A stretch of DNA of 62,658 nucleotides, filler included, from Xylographa opegraphella (Eukaryota): assembly GCA_022813865.1 (NCBI GenBank). It is 2 parts of 2 records of this genome, joined end to end, with 100 filler letters (N's around TTAATTAATTAA, not from the genome) between each part and the next. Parts side by side here need not be neighbours in the genome. Positions count along the whole stretch, not along the records: positions 1 to 31,593 come from JALDZX010000117.1; 1 more part is not named here. The stretch is one strand, 5' to 3'. Below the pieces are notes generated by a model. The model was not told the DNA's origin. It made no database searches and saw nothing but the letters and a program-made list of their open reading frames with translations. This document shows, in pieces, positions 1-14,600 of the stretch (positions are counted from its first letter, which is position 1; each line of letters begins with the position of its first letter). A program made the position numbers and the translations under genes.

Positions 1-65
1 GAAAAAAAAGAAAAAAAAGAAAAAAAAGAAAAAAAAGAAAAAAAAGAAAAAAAAGAAAAAAAAAG
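1..65. repeat. (GAAAAAAAA)n microsatellite at window start
   Basis: About seven copies of a 9-bp GA8 unit read directly. Confidence 0.9.
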
Positions 66-322
66 AACTCGAGCGAATATAATAATAAAAATGAAAATTA
101 ATTTATAGCAATTAATATAATTTATTTCGATTTTATTTTTATTTCGACTTGCGAAACGAAATTTAAAATATATATTAATTGATTTTATTGATTTTATTAA
201 AGAACTTGATTAAAATTCAAAATTAACGTTAATAAAATTAACGTTTATATTTTTTATTAAAACGAAATAATCGAGCGGTTAAATTAAATTGTAATAAAAT
301 AAATTAAAACGCTATTCGTTAA

Positions 323-3300
323 TATAACGGTCGGGTTCCCATAAACAGAGGGTAAAATAATGGCAGTGATCAAAGATGTTTAAAAGAGGTGGAAATGAAA
401 GGGGTTATTTATTTAAAATTAGCTATTGCCTTTGATATATAAATTAAATATAGCCAGAATCCCCAGAATTTCTGCTATAATTATATTATAATAATAGTAA
501 TAATAATCGTTTTAGTACCTTACGTTTATACTATGATTATTATTATTAACTATTTAATTTAAATTATTTCATTGTTCGAGCTGCTCTCTTAAAGCTTTAT
601 TTTATTATAATATTTAACGATTTGTAATATTAACTCCCCCCTTCAAAGTTTCTCTCCTCAGAAAAAAGTAACTTTTTTTATATATCGTTCAAACGCCGAA
701 ATAACTATTGAAAATATTAATAAGTAAGTTAAGATACTTTGATATTTATATAACGTTCAGATGCGCAGTTTACCAAAAAACGCAATCGAATTGTATTATT
801 TTAAATTATTTTAAATTTCATTTAAGCTGCCTTAAACGTAATCGTTTCTGCGATATAAAATTATTTTTTAATTTCGATTTCGCAAAGGTTGATAAAGAAC
901 GAAATTGTGTAAATGTTGAATTAAAAACTGCAAAAAATAAATAAAGACTGCTTTATTAAAATGTCGTTGCGTAATAAAATAATTTTTTTAACAGTTCGTA
1001 AGGCGAAGATAATCGCTTTAAATTTCAAAAATGTAAAAAAAATTAAAACGAAGGAAAATTAATAGTAAACTATTTTTTATTAACATCGGCGACTGCCCGT
1101 CCGAGAAGTCCCGTATTTAATTTTAATAACATTGATTTCGAGTTTCTATTTTTATTATTTTTTCCCCTGAAGTTCGTATTTTTTTAATAATACTGTTTAA
1201 TAAGTTTTTTTATAATTGTTAAAGTTATTTACTGATTTTTATATATTTTCGCTTTTTAAATTTTTTATTCAATAAAATATTTATATATATTATCGTCAAA
1301 GTTGCGACTACTATTTAAAACGTTCTGTATTTTCTACCTTCATTTTTATTTTATTAAGTAGTTGTTCGGTATTTTTTTTAATTTTAAAATTTCTGGCGGT
1401 ACTATTTCTAGTAATAATCTATAAAATACTTGATTTTTTGATTTTTTTTAGTAATTTAAGCTCAAAGCTCATATTCTTGATATTGCGAATAATTTAAAAA
1501 GATTAAATTTTAATATAATTTAATTTTCTGCTTAATTTTATTGTTTCGATGTTTTTACGAAATAAATAAACTTTATCCCCATTTTTAGTATAAAGCCCAT
1601 TGATTTATATTTATTTACGGAAAATATTGATTTAAAATCTAGGAATTTTATATTCTTTTTTAAATCGATATATAATCGTCCAAGTTCTTTAATTAATATA
1701 TTTACTAAGTTATTAATCTTTTCTGCAAATCTCGGGTTTCGAAACAGTTTTATATAATATTTATAATAAATATAAAATGGTATTGATTTAGTTATATCAT
1801 TAATACTGCTGTTATACGTTATTTATACTATTGATAACAATACAATTTAATCGTTCTGTCGGTAATTTACGTAGATTCAAAAATACCATTCGACTATTTA
1901 ATTAATTTTTAAATTGCTTAGTTAATGCCTGCCAGAATTTTAATATAAATGGTTTGTCCCTGTTAAATATAATTTAATTTGGCAGTAATTGTATAAAAAT
2001 TATAAATTTTAAAAATATATATGTTAAGTCTTTTATATTCGAGCTTTTTATATACGGAATAAAATTAATTTTTTAATAAATCTATTTATAATCGTTGAAA
2101 TAAAGTCGTATTTAACTTTTATTATAATTTTTTAATAGTAACAATTTGACTACGAAGTTTAATACTATCGAAAACCATGATTTTAAGGGTAATTTTAGTA
2201 ATTTTAATAATTTATATAATTAATACCTTGTTAATTTTGTTTTATAGCATAAATTACATTTATTAATATACTTCTGAACTTTTCTTTACGTATAAAAAGT
2301 AATAGGTTCGAATTATCGCTTTAATCGTTTTATTAATATTTAAATAGCTATTTATTAATTTATCGTAGTATTGTTTAAATAACTTCTTTATTATACAGCT
2401 AAATACGTATATTAATCCCTAAAACAGTATTAATTTATTGCTAAAAATAGTACATTTTGTTATTATTTTTTTAGAATTTATTGTACTTGGTTGTTTTTAG
2501 TATAAACTAATTTGATTTTTATTTTTCAATTATAATTCTAAATAATTATCGTAGCTGCAAATAAATAATGATACTTTAATATATTATTGTCTATATTTTG
2601 CAATATCGACTATTTGACTTTTAATCGTTTTTTATTTAATTAAGTCGTTTGCTAAAAGCCTTTATTTTTATATTTTTATATTCTTTTCGATAATAAATCT
2701 CGAAATTATAGCTCGATAATTCATCGAATTATTTAACCTATTTTTTATTAAAAATTTTGATTTTAGTAAAATACACTAAGTTTTTATAGTTAGTATATAC
2801 CTGGATAAAATATTTAAATCCTTTACAGTATATTTTTTATTATTTAAATCCCTCGACGATGGTTAATAGCTTTTTATCGTAAGTTTTATAATTTTGTTTT
2901 AATATACTGAATTTCCTAGAGTAAAACGCTATTAAATACTATTTTTTATTGTTTCTTTAATTCAAACATGTAGCTTATATAGCAATATTTAAAAAACTCA
3001 TTTTTATACAAGTTTTCTTGCCTGAATCGAATATAATTAGTATTAATTCTATATTATATTTATATTTTAATTCGTTAAATGCTTTCTGCATAAAAGCGTT
3101 CCATTTAAATAATACGTTTTTTAAATTATATTTATTAAATGCTATACTATTCGAAAGTAATTCTTTACAAACTTTCGATAAAAATTCGTTAATTTTAAAA
3201 CAAATTGTATATTTCTTACTAACTAAAGTATAAACTATTCCAGGATTAATTTTATTTTAAATAAATTCATTTTTAAACCTGTATTTAAAATTATATAGCT

Positions 3301-6300
3301 CAGAAATTCGATCTTTTATTTATAAAATTCGTATTTTTCTGGTTTAATACGTAAGTCTGCGTTCTTTAAAGCTTGTAGTATTTATTCAATATAGTTTCTG
3401 TGTTTGATTTCGTCGATAAAATATATTAATATATTATTTAGGTATACTACTACGAATATATTTAAATACTTTTAAAATACGTTGTTAATATAAACTTAAA
3501 AAGTGGCTAAAGCGTTAATTAATTTTAAAAATATAATTATATATTTATAAAGATCGAAGCGCGTTTTTATAGCGATTTTTCGTTCTTTTTTTATTCTATT
3601 TCAATTGTACGCTTTTATTATATTACATTTTATTAATTATTTAACTTCTTGAAATCGATTCTGTAACTTCGAAATCAAAGGTAATAAATAATGATTTTTA
3701 ATGATTACGTTATTTATTCCTTGATAATCAATATAAAATCGAAATTTATCGTTTTTTTAATACGAACAAAATATAATATTTTATTAATAACTGCAATTTT
3801 TATATAAATTGCAGTTTTTAAATTTTCGTTCAGGTATTTTTATAGTATATTTAACTTTTCTGCTAACAGCGAATATATTAAAGACTTGCTTAATTTTATC
3901 CCTTTTTAAATAAATATAATATAATTCCACGGTTAATATACTAAAGAAGCTTTTTTAATACTTTTTCGTTAAATAGTATACTTAATTCCTTATATTCCTT
4001 GGGAATTATAACTATAAACTGATTCTTCTTTTTCGATAAACTTAGTTTATAAAGTTTATATTTATTCTAAATGTTTTCGAATTTTTTCTCGAAATAAATT
4101 AAATACAATTGCGTATATTTTTATATCGTTTTTTAATAAATTTTCGCTCAAAGGTATTTTTTATTTTTAAAAAACATATATTATTTGCCTAGCCCAGTTA
4201 ATTTGTAAGTTAATTTTTTTAAATTATAATAATTTTAATATCATATCGTAGGTTTTTATTATCGCAATATCGAATTATATAGTTATAAAATATAATTTAA
4301 TTCGAATTTTCGTATTTTTAATTTCATAATCAACCTATTTTAAATTATATCTTAAAAACTTTCCGTTTACCGTTATTGTTAAATAAAAATGTTTTTTTGA
4401 AGACCGATACTAGCTTTATTCGCAAAACCTGGCGATATAAAGTTTGCTAAAAATTTTAAATTTTCTAAAACTCTTGCGCAGTATCGATTTATACGAATTA
4501 TTATTTAAAAAACTCCCATATAATTTATTACTGCGAGGGTGTACTTTTAATAATATATTCTTATTATTCAAATACTTTTATACTTATTCGAAAATTTATT
4601 ATAAAACGCCTTCGTTAATCTTGTCGAAAGACTTATCAATTTTTTAACGTAAAACCCAAAAATCCCAGGTGTTGAAACTTTTTTACGTTAACCTTTTTAC
4701 CTTTGTATCGCTTAAAATCCTGGCGCTCGTATTTTTTTAAATGCTCAAGTTGCTTTCCTAAATTCTTTAGAAACATATTTTTCGTTCGAGGTTACATATC
4801 CCCCGTTTATCGTAAATATAAATCCTATAGATAAATATTCTTTAATAGTATTTTTAATATCGAATATCCGTTTTTAATATCAATTTAAACATGTCGAGCT
4901 GGGTCGCGAGTCAATTAAAACGCACTTTTATTAATTTTAATTTATTTTTTAAAATATTATAGTATTTTTAGTAAATTATATATGAAAAGATTATCGTTTT
5001 ATTACGATATCTACCTTTCGCGAAACTTATCAATTACTTTTTAAAAAACTTTAATTTATAGTAAAATTTTAAATACGTTTAATATCGAGTCGTATATTTT
5101 TTTCTACGAGACAAATTTCTTGCGTTTGCTTAATTTTGACTTGATATTTTTTTTACTATTAATCGAATTTTCTCCCCATCCGTCGTCGGTAAGTTCTAGG
5201 GTATTTATTACTATATCGTCGAAGTTTCAATAATATTAATTTATAATATATTTATTAATAATTTTAGTTTTTCTTGTTTGTCGTATCTTTTAGTTTATAT
5301 TTAATATTTTGAATGGTTTTTATTGCAGATATTCCTTCACCATATATATAGTCAATTTCTATAAGAAGTCAATAATCGAGTCGTTGAATTTAATCTTTTT
5401 TCGTTTTATATTTTTAGCGACGTAACGTTGTAGTTTGTTTTAATTAACCTAAATCAAAGATTGAATTATATTAATTTTAATTCCTTGATCTGTCGCTTAT
5501 AAGCTGCCCCTTTTTATTAATATTATTAGAAATTATTTTAAGTCGTTTTTATCGTTTCAATAAATGATATAATTATCGTCGTAACATATCGTTCACGAAA
5601 GTTTACTGTGGCTTATTAATATTATTACGAGTTTCTGTTTACGTAAAATATCATCGTTCTTTTATTCTTTTTCCTTAATAATATTGGCAATAATTTTCTT
5701 CTATTAATAATAATCCCTAGCGAAGTGTTTTTATTATCGTAACTATAGTATTTTTTTCCCTTTAGCTAAATTTTCTCGTTGATTTGTACTTTTTTTTTGG
5801 AACTGCCCCGAGCGTTTCGTTTTTGCATTAAATTTTATTTTCTGAAGTTATAGCTATTAAGCTTGAAATTTAAAAAGTAATAAAAATTTCTATCGAATTT
5901 ATAGTTCTTTCATTTTTTATTCAAAACAATAAGCGTACGATGACTATTTTTCTTTTTTATACGTCGTTTATATTACTAATTATCGATTATTATGGCTTTT
6001 ACTATTATTTCTTTAAATATTTCTGATTTATTTTTTCTAGTTATATTATTCTTAATATTATTCTTAAGTTCTTTTTAAAATTTTGCAATTTGGGCGAATT
6101 CGTCCCAATTAGTATTCATAATAATAATTTAAGATTAACAGGCTTATTTTACTACAAAGCACCTTTAAATCAATATAAATAATTTTTTAAAAGTAATTTT
6201 CAGGTTTACGGTTTCGAATGCGTTTTTTGTATTTTAATTTTTTTAATTATTAAAGATTTTTTATGGTAGTTTTCTGATCTATTTTTTATTTATTAAGGAA

Positions 6301-6812
6301 ATCAGAAAAATATAATTAAATGTAAAGAAAAACTTTACCCTTGCAAAATTCTACTGTAAATATTACTTTATTTTCTATTTAAAATTAATCTTAATTGTTT
6401 TATACATACGCATCGACCTGTAAAAAACATTTTTAAGTTATTACATTTTTATAGTAATCGTCGGGCTTTTTAAACGTAATAGCCTTTTTTTGACTTATTA
6501 AACTTGCGATCGTTCAGGTTTAATAAGTTTTAAAATAATTATTTTATTTTAATCGTTTTGCGTATTTTATTAAAATAATAATTAAGAAATAGATAAATGG
6601 CAGCGATCAAAAATGTCTAAAAAAATAAAGATAAAAGGGGTTATTTATTTTAAACTAGCTATTGCCTTCGATATATAAATTAAAGATAACCAGAGTCTCT
6701 AGGACTTTTACTTTAATTATATAATAACCCCGTTATTATAGTAATAGTAATAATAGTCGTTTTAATACCTTACGTTTATGCTATGATTACTATTACTGAC
6801 TATTCGATTTAT
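323..6812 (-). mobile_element. RIP-degenerate Ty3/Gypsy LTR retrotransposon (element A)
   Basis: Direct repeats (LTRs) at ~358-560 and ~6595-6810 (TGGCAGyGATCAAArATGT...CCTTACGTTTAT). Minus-strand polypurine tract GAAGGGGGGAG at ~634-644 next to the left LTR. Minus translation at ~2765-2940 gives IAFYSRKF..KQNYKTYDKKLLTIVEGFK**...VYTNYKNL, a Gypsy RNase H with G>A/C>T damage. The right LTR is cut by the next element; outer boundaries are approximate. Confidence 0.85.
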
Positions 6813-9800
6813 ACTATAAAATAAAGCCAAAAAAACATTAATTATATAAACTGTTTAAATTACCAGAAATACTTTCAAGACCATGTGATAAAATTCTGAT
6901 CAATACTGTGTGGAACAAGGGTCGAAGGAACTATGATCCGATGCCTTTGTTGCCTTCATGGCCTCGATCATGAAGGCATGGGGGGGCATAAAAGGCATCA
7001 CCGAACAGGACTTCTATATAAAGTAGAAAAATTCCTTTATTGTAAAAGGCGTATTCAACTTATATTATAATTTTAAATTAATAAGCTTCAATACGAATAT
7101 TGTACGAAAACTATTATGTTTAAAAAACGATAAATTTATTACTATACCTTTTTATTTATTTATTAACGAATTCAATTTAAATTCTTAATCGAATTATAGT
7201 AATAAGAAACAGAATCGTAATAGTTTAAATACTTTCAAAATAAATATATCAAAAGTACGTTCAAACCCAACCCCAAATGTTGTAAAAGGCAATAAAAAAT
7301 ATTATAAAAAAACGATCGCGTTACAATGAAAAAATCCGATAAATATAAAAAAATAGGAACCACCTAAGGAACTGGTTTATACAAATAAATATATTCTTGG
7401 GTTTTAAGTGAACAGTATTTTGAAACTCAAAAGGTTACTTTTCGTTATTATTTATATGCGAGAACAAGTTTAAAAATAGGTCGCCCTTTATTTTAAAAAA
7501 TATTTCAAGAATTTTAATGACGAAGACTTCAAGTGGCTAAAAAGCTTTACGACATTCAAAATAAAAACCGGAGAAATTTCGAACCATTAAACAAAAAGAA
7601 TATAATAAAACGAATTATATAGTATTTCAAACAAAAAGGTTCTTGTGCAGAATATTTAACTCGATTTTAATAATTTGCGACGCAGACTGAATAAAACGAC
7701 GACGTTTTAATGATAATATATCGCAGGGGATTTAGAAACTCGGTAAAAAATAAATTAATAAAAACTGGTATAGCAATTGAAATTATAGATTAAATAATCG
7801 AAATATGTATAAAAATTGATAACAAACTATATAAACGAGCTATAAAACGCAAATACGAGATCGAAGGTACGATAAAAATTAATTATTAAAAAAACGGCTT
7901 TAAAGTGAAAGAAAATTATACAAAACGCTAAACCTTTGTAGGCTACCAATAGAAATAAACATATTTGAAAAGCAAAAGCAGGGAATTAGAAAATAGCACT
8001 TACGGGGTAAAAAAATAGAAATCATTTATTACGTATGGGAAAAAGTCGGCCATATTGTTAAAAACTGTCGGTTAAAGAACAAGGTATTTAGACTATAAAT
8101 AAATATATACCTAAAATATTTAATAAAGCCGAGATTTAAGGGGGAAAATAATTAGCTATTTTCGTATAAAAAATACGAAACTCACCTTAAATCCAAACGA
8201 CCAGGTTAATATCAGTAAAAAGTATAAAAAGGTTGAAATCAACATTTAATACAGGGAAAATAGCCCTTGAGTAGAAATCAATAGTAATAAAAAAACGACT
8301 CAGATATTAGCAGCTTGCAAATCGGGGAAAATCTCGAGGAATAAAATATCGAGTCAGACGATTTTAAAAATTGAATTTACAAAGAAATTAACGAGGAAAC
8401 GACGCGGACACGAACCAAAAAAATAAATATATTATAAAATTATCGAGTGAATTCAGAATATTTATATTATGATTTAATATATAGCAGCGCTTATACAAAA
8501 TACGTACTGCAAGGTTTATTAAAAAAATTATAATTACAATGATTATATAAAAGAAATTTATTGTAGTATTTAGATTTAAAATAAATACTTTAAGAATAAA
8601 TGCCCTTGACATTTTCGAAAAAAACGAAAACATTTATACTTTTTAAAGCATATACAAAAGTTATGCAATAATTTTATTATATACGAAACGCGTTTAAAAA
8701 AACGAATACGGAAATTTGCTATGGCAATAGTGTTTTTATGGAAAATATATAACGCACACGAAAATCAAAGAAATTTAGGGTTACTTTAAATAAAGAAAAA
8801 TATTTTTTTATATATTATGGAAAAATATATAGAAATTAATATAATACACCTCTTGCAAGACATACTAAAAAAACTAAATTATATAAATTTTAGAAAAATT
8901 CCGATTAAAATAAATAATCATCGAATAATTATTCTATTAAATACTAAAATTAATTTAAATTATATATTCATTACTTTCGCGAAGAGCTGTGGCTTCGAAT
9001 TTTTAATTTTAAAATAAATTCAAATAATAATAATCGACGGGTTATTAAAAAACAAAAAAACGGTACACAATGTAATTTCCTATTGCTATTTATTAATATT
9101 ATAAAAATAATCTTTGATATAGTTATCATGGCCAGATACTATATTATTCTAAATTTATTTTAATAAGTCAAGCACAACGTGTCCCTAAACTAAAATAAAA
9201 AAGTATTCACTAAAAAGTATATTAATCGCGTTATTAATATATATTATATATATTAATAAAGGACGGTAGTAGATAAAAAAACCGAAACTCGATCAAGATT
9301 ATAAAACTTTTATTTTTAAATAAAAACGATTTTATTCGAGGGTTCGACTCGATGCGCATCGGTAAGGGTCAGTATAGCGAAATAAATCAAAATTTAAAAA
9401 AAAGCAACGCATCTTTTAATATCCTTAAAAAGTATAAAGCATGAACATGGCTTTTTTAAAAAGAGGAAGGGCTTAACGCCTCATTCAAACATCAATCTTT
9501 GGATTGCGAGATCAATCTCGAACCGGGGAAGAAGCCAATATTTGAACCTATATACAATATGTTAGAAAAAGAACTTTAAAAGTTTCGTAAATATATTAAA
9601 AAAAAGTTTAAAGAAAGGATTTATACGCGAATTTAAATTCTTAGCAGAATATCCCGTGATATTTATATTTAAAAAAGACGAAAGCTTGAAATCTTGCATT
9701 AATTATCGGAAATTGAACGAACGATATTACCATTAAAAATCAATATCCTTTACCGAAATCAGCGGAATACGGAATAAACTTGACAAAGCAAAAATTTTTA

Positions 9801-11620
9801 TCAAGTTTAACCTTAGGGGCGCATATAATTTAATTAGAATAAAAGAAGGCGAGGAATATAAAACTGCATTTCGAAGTAAATATAAATACTATAAATATTA
9901 AATTATGCCTTTCGAGTTAATTAATATATCAATTATTTATTAAATATTGGTTAATAACGTATTAAAAATACATTTGAACTTAACGATAGTGATTTATTTA
10001 AACGATATACTTACTTACTTTAAATCAGTAAAAGAATATATAAAGCATGTATAACAAATATTTATATATGTAGGAAAAGCAGAGATGCTTTTTGAATCAA
10101 AGAAATACAAATTTAGCAAAAACGAAATAGTTTTTCTAAGATTTATAATTAGCAAAAATAGAATTAAAATAAACCCAGAAAAAATAAAAGCCATACTCGA
10201 ATGGCCTTAATCAACAACAGCAAAAAAGATTTTAAAATTTCTAGAACTAACAAACTTTAATAATTTTTTCATTAAAGATTACTCGCAAAAAACGTTACCT
10301 TTAACGAATTGAATATATAAAAATATAAACTTTAAATGGGATTCGAATTAACAACGAGCTTTTCATATTTTGAAGGAAAATTGTGCAAAACTATCAGTTT
10401 TAATGATATTTTAGGTAAAAAGTTTGTAAAAATAAAAATCGACGTATTAAACTTAGCCATAAAAGCATGTCTGTTATAAATACAAAATAGGAAATAGCAT
10501 TTTATTGTATATTATTTAAAAAAGATATTACAAACAGAATAAAATTATAATATTTACGATAAAGAATTACTCGCTATAGTAGCATTTATTTAAAACTGAA
10601 AAGTATATACAGAAAATTACTCGAAACTTACTATTTATATAAACCACAAAAATCTATTGAATTTTGCCACAATAAAGGTATTTGATAAAAAATAAATACG
10701 ATGAGCAGAACTGTTAGAACAGTATAAATTTAAAATTATATATATTTCAGAAAAAAAATAATAAAAAGCAGATATATTCAGCAGGAAAAAAAACTATATA
10801 AATAAAAAACCGATGAATAAAGTATTAAAATATATAAATAAAAAACCGATGAATAAAGTATTATTACGAAAAGATAGCAGTAAAGCTTTTATTTCTATAA
10901 AACAAATCGCAGCTTTTAAAATAAAAGCGATTGCGGAAGATTTAACAGGGTTGTTAGCAAAAAAGATAATTAAATATTATCATAATAAATCAACAAATAG
11001 TTATTCAGGAGTTACCAAAACAATGGAATTTATAAAAAAAACTACTAATTCCCGAATATAAAGAAATATAGAAAAAAATACATCAAGAAATATATATTAT
11101 ATCAAAAGAATAAGTCAACAAAATATATAGTATATAAAAATATTCAATTTTTAGACATTTCAGAAAAACTATGGGAGCAAATATTGATTGACTTTATAAC
11201 CAAACTACCAAAGTTTAAAAATTGAACTACGGGATTGAAATACGATTTAATAATAGTACTTATAAATAAATCTATTAAATACTCGATTATCGTATCTTTT
11301 AAGGAAATATTTACAGTAAAGTAGCTGACTTTTTTTTGTTAAACAAATTAATCAAAGATCATAAATTCCTAGCAGGAATAATATTAAATAAAAATAAACC
11401 ATTTATATTAAACTTTTAAAGAACTTTAATGTTTAAATTAAAAATTAAATTAAAAATATCAACCGTTTGTTATCTACAAATAAACGAACAGATTAAAAGA
11501 ATGAATTAAAATCTGAAAGTATATTTACGATACTTTATTAATTTTAAGCAAAATAATTAAATATTATTATTGCCATTGGAATAACTGGCACTAAACGATA
11601 AATAATCTGCAACAATACCC
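6813..11620 (+). mobile_element. RIP-degenerate Ty3/Gypsy LTR retrotransposon, 3'-truncated (element B)
   Basis: Gag Zn-knuckle relic YYVWEKVGHIVKNCR (~8025-8072). RT motifs RIKEGEEYKTAFRSKY..IMPFELIN (~9836-9925) and VIYLNDIL (YLDD relic, ~9990-10012). RNase H YNIYDKELLAIV (~10545-10580). Integrase WEQILIDFITKLP (~11172-11210) and YLQINEQIKRMN (HPQTDGQTERMN relic, ~11470). RT-RH-IN order indicates Gypsy. Confidence 0.88.
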
Positions 11621-14600
11621 TCGATTTAAATTTATAAAAAATTTGTATAAATATTTTATTAATAAAATTATGAAAGGTATAGTTAAATCGTAATAAAAGA
11701 TTAAATTAATGAAAAAGATTTTTTAATATCGTTATATAATATCGTAGTATAATTTTTACGATTTAATTTACCGTTCGAACTACTCGTTCGTTTATTAATA
11801 ATAAAATATATTATAAAGCAAATTTACTTATAAAAACTTCGAAAATTTCTTTCTATAATTATTTTATTAATTTTTAATTTTTATTAAAAAAATTTTGAGC
11901 ACTTTTTAATGTAGTAAATATAATCAATTTAACAAAATTATAGTTTATATCTTGCTATTAATAACTATTTTCTAAAGATAATTATAATAATTATATTCAA
12001 TTTACAAATTATTATTATGGCGTGATTATATTTATCTAAAAGTAATTATAGAAAAATCAGTATAAATTTAATAATTATTAAAAAAAATTTAAAAACCAGA
12101 ATTAAATATAATAAATTATAAAATTTATATTTATATAAAAGTATTTAATAAAATTAATAATATTAACAATATCGAATATATATGTATGATTTTTTAACTA
12201 TATTGAAGATACATAAGTCTTTAATTAATTTTTAATACTTACGATCGTATTTTCAATAACCCAGGCTATTATAAACGAAATTCAAAATATTTTTCCTTAT
12301 AAATTTAAAAATTCAAAAACAAAAACCTTATTCGACGTCGTTGAAGTAAATTATATTTTTAATTATACGATAAAAGATTTGAAATTTTATTATTTTTAAA
12401 TTTATTATTATTTTTAATTATTTTTTAACGTATATTTACCGCGAATTCTGCAGATATTTTTTAAATAAACTCTTTTTAAAATTATGGTTTATTTATATTA
12501 TAAATACTAAATATGCCGATATAAATTTCATTATATTAATCAAGATAATTGCTTTTTTGAATATTAAATCGCGTTAAATTTAATTAATAAAATAATATTT
12601 TATTTCGTTGACTATTTGAAAGCGTAATAACTTATAAATACGTTTCAATAAATATTAAATTTATTAAATTTATATCGTACGTTAAATCTAAACCGTTAAA
12701 AATATTCTAAAAATTGTACTAGTTTAAATTATAACTTTCTAATATGATATGGTATTAAAACTTATTTATATGACTATTTAATACGTAATTGAAAAACTTA
12801 TCTATGTAAATATTTAATACGTAATTAAAAAATTTGTTTATGTAAATATTTAATACGTAATTAAAAAAAATTAATAAATATAATTCTTGATAGTTTTACG
12901 CATTTTATTATCTATCATAATTCTTTAACGATTTATATTAAATTAAAATTCTAAAATTTTATTAATCAATATTTATACTTTAACTTGGTAAATTTCTTAA
13001 ATAAAAATAATATTCATTAAATCATTTCTTACTTTAAAACATTTATACTATTAATTATTAGTTTAACAGTATAATACGCGTGAACGCCGTATTTGATTTT
13101 ATATAATAAATTTATATTAATATAAAATTATTATTCAATTATTAAATATATTAATATCGACGGCTTTAAAAATATTGTTAGTATCTAAAAAACGCTATTA
13201 ATTTTCTTGATATGAATACTATAATTTATAGTTTATTAAATAATTTTTTATAAATTTCTTTGACGGCCTTTTCGATATTTCTTTTATATAAATTTATTCA
13301 AAATGGGGTTTTAAAGTTATAATAATCGAACTATTACTGGGTAATAAAAATATATTATTATGAATCATTTATTAATTTTAAATAATTTTTCAATTATTTT
13401 AATAATCGCGGAAATATGAATTATAATATCGTTACAAGTTTTTTTTCTACGATCGCTAATTTAAAAGCGTTAATACGTTAATCAAATAAAATTATTAAAT
13501 AAAAAATATATATTAAATAGCGCAAAAAGCTCAAAAACTTCGTTTAAATATTATGAGTATTTTATTTTAAAAAAGATAAAAACATCAAGATATTATTAGC
13601 GTAAACTTTTGCAAACTTGCGGCGAAATTTTAAAATTTTATAAATTGTTTTTTATATATATATTAAAGAATTTCGACATTTTATTATTATTATATTAACG
13701 GTTTTTTAACCTTTATAATTCAAAATTATTAAACGACAACGATATATTTTTCTTATTAATTAATAATAATAAAAATATACGTTAACAATAATAATATATA
13801 CAACGTTGATTATAGCTACGAGTATTTTCGCTTAAAAACATTAAATAAATATTTAATATTGTAATTTTATTCAAAGCTCGAATGTCGATAATTATTTTAC
13901 TTTTTACTTTTTCTGCTTTAATTTTTTTAGACGACAAAATATAAATAATTAAATAATATAATAAATTTCGTTTATTTTATTCTTATCTAAATATATAGTT
14001 TATTAAAGGCTTTATCGATAATACTTCGATTCCGTTATTTTATTTATCATATTTTGGCTTGTTCAGATTTGTAGTACTTTTTTAATTATTTATTAAAGTT
14101 ATATTTATTCATTCGAATTTAAGTACGTTCGCAGTATTTTCGACATTAATAAAAAATAGAATCAAAACTCATCGATCAAGCAGGAATTCGAAAAAGGAAA
14201 GGGAAATGGGTCTTTAAAATATTAGTTTTCAAGAAATAATGAAAGAAATTTCCCTCGAGATTATCAGAGAGCTTATTCGAAAAGTTTCTCGATAATATCA
14301 CGATTTCGTTGTTTTACTGGGTACACTTTGGCTTGTCCAGGCTTGTAGTACTCTTTCCAATTGTTTGTTAAAGGTATATTTATGTATTTAAATTTAAATA
14401 CGTTCGTAGTATTACTTTTGTTAATTTAAAAATTAAAATATTTTGTCGCAGTGAATTTCAAAAATATGATAATTAATATATTATTATAAGTTGTAATTTC
14501 GTTCGCAAATTTATATTCGTAGACTGTTAAGATGAATTTATTTTTAAAATAGCAACGTGAACTAATAAAATAGCAACGTAAATTAATAAAATAGCAACGT

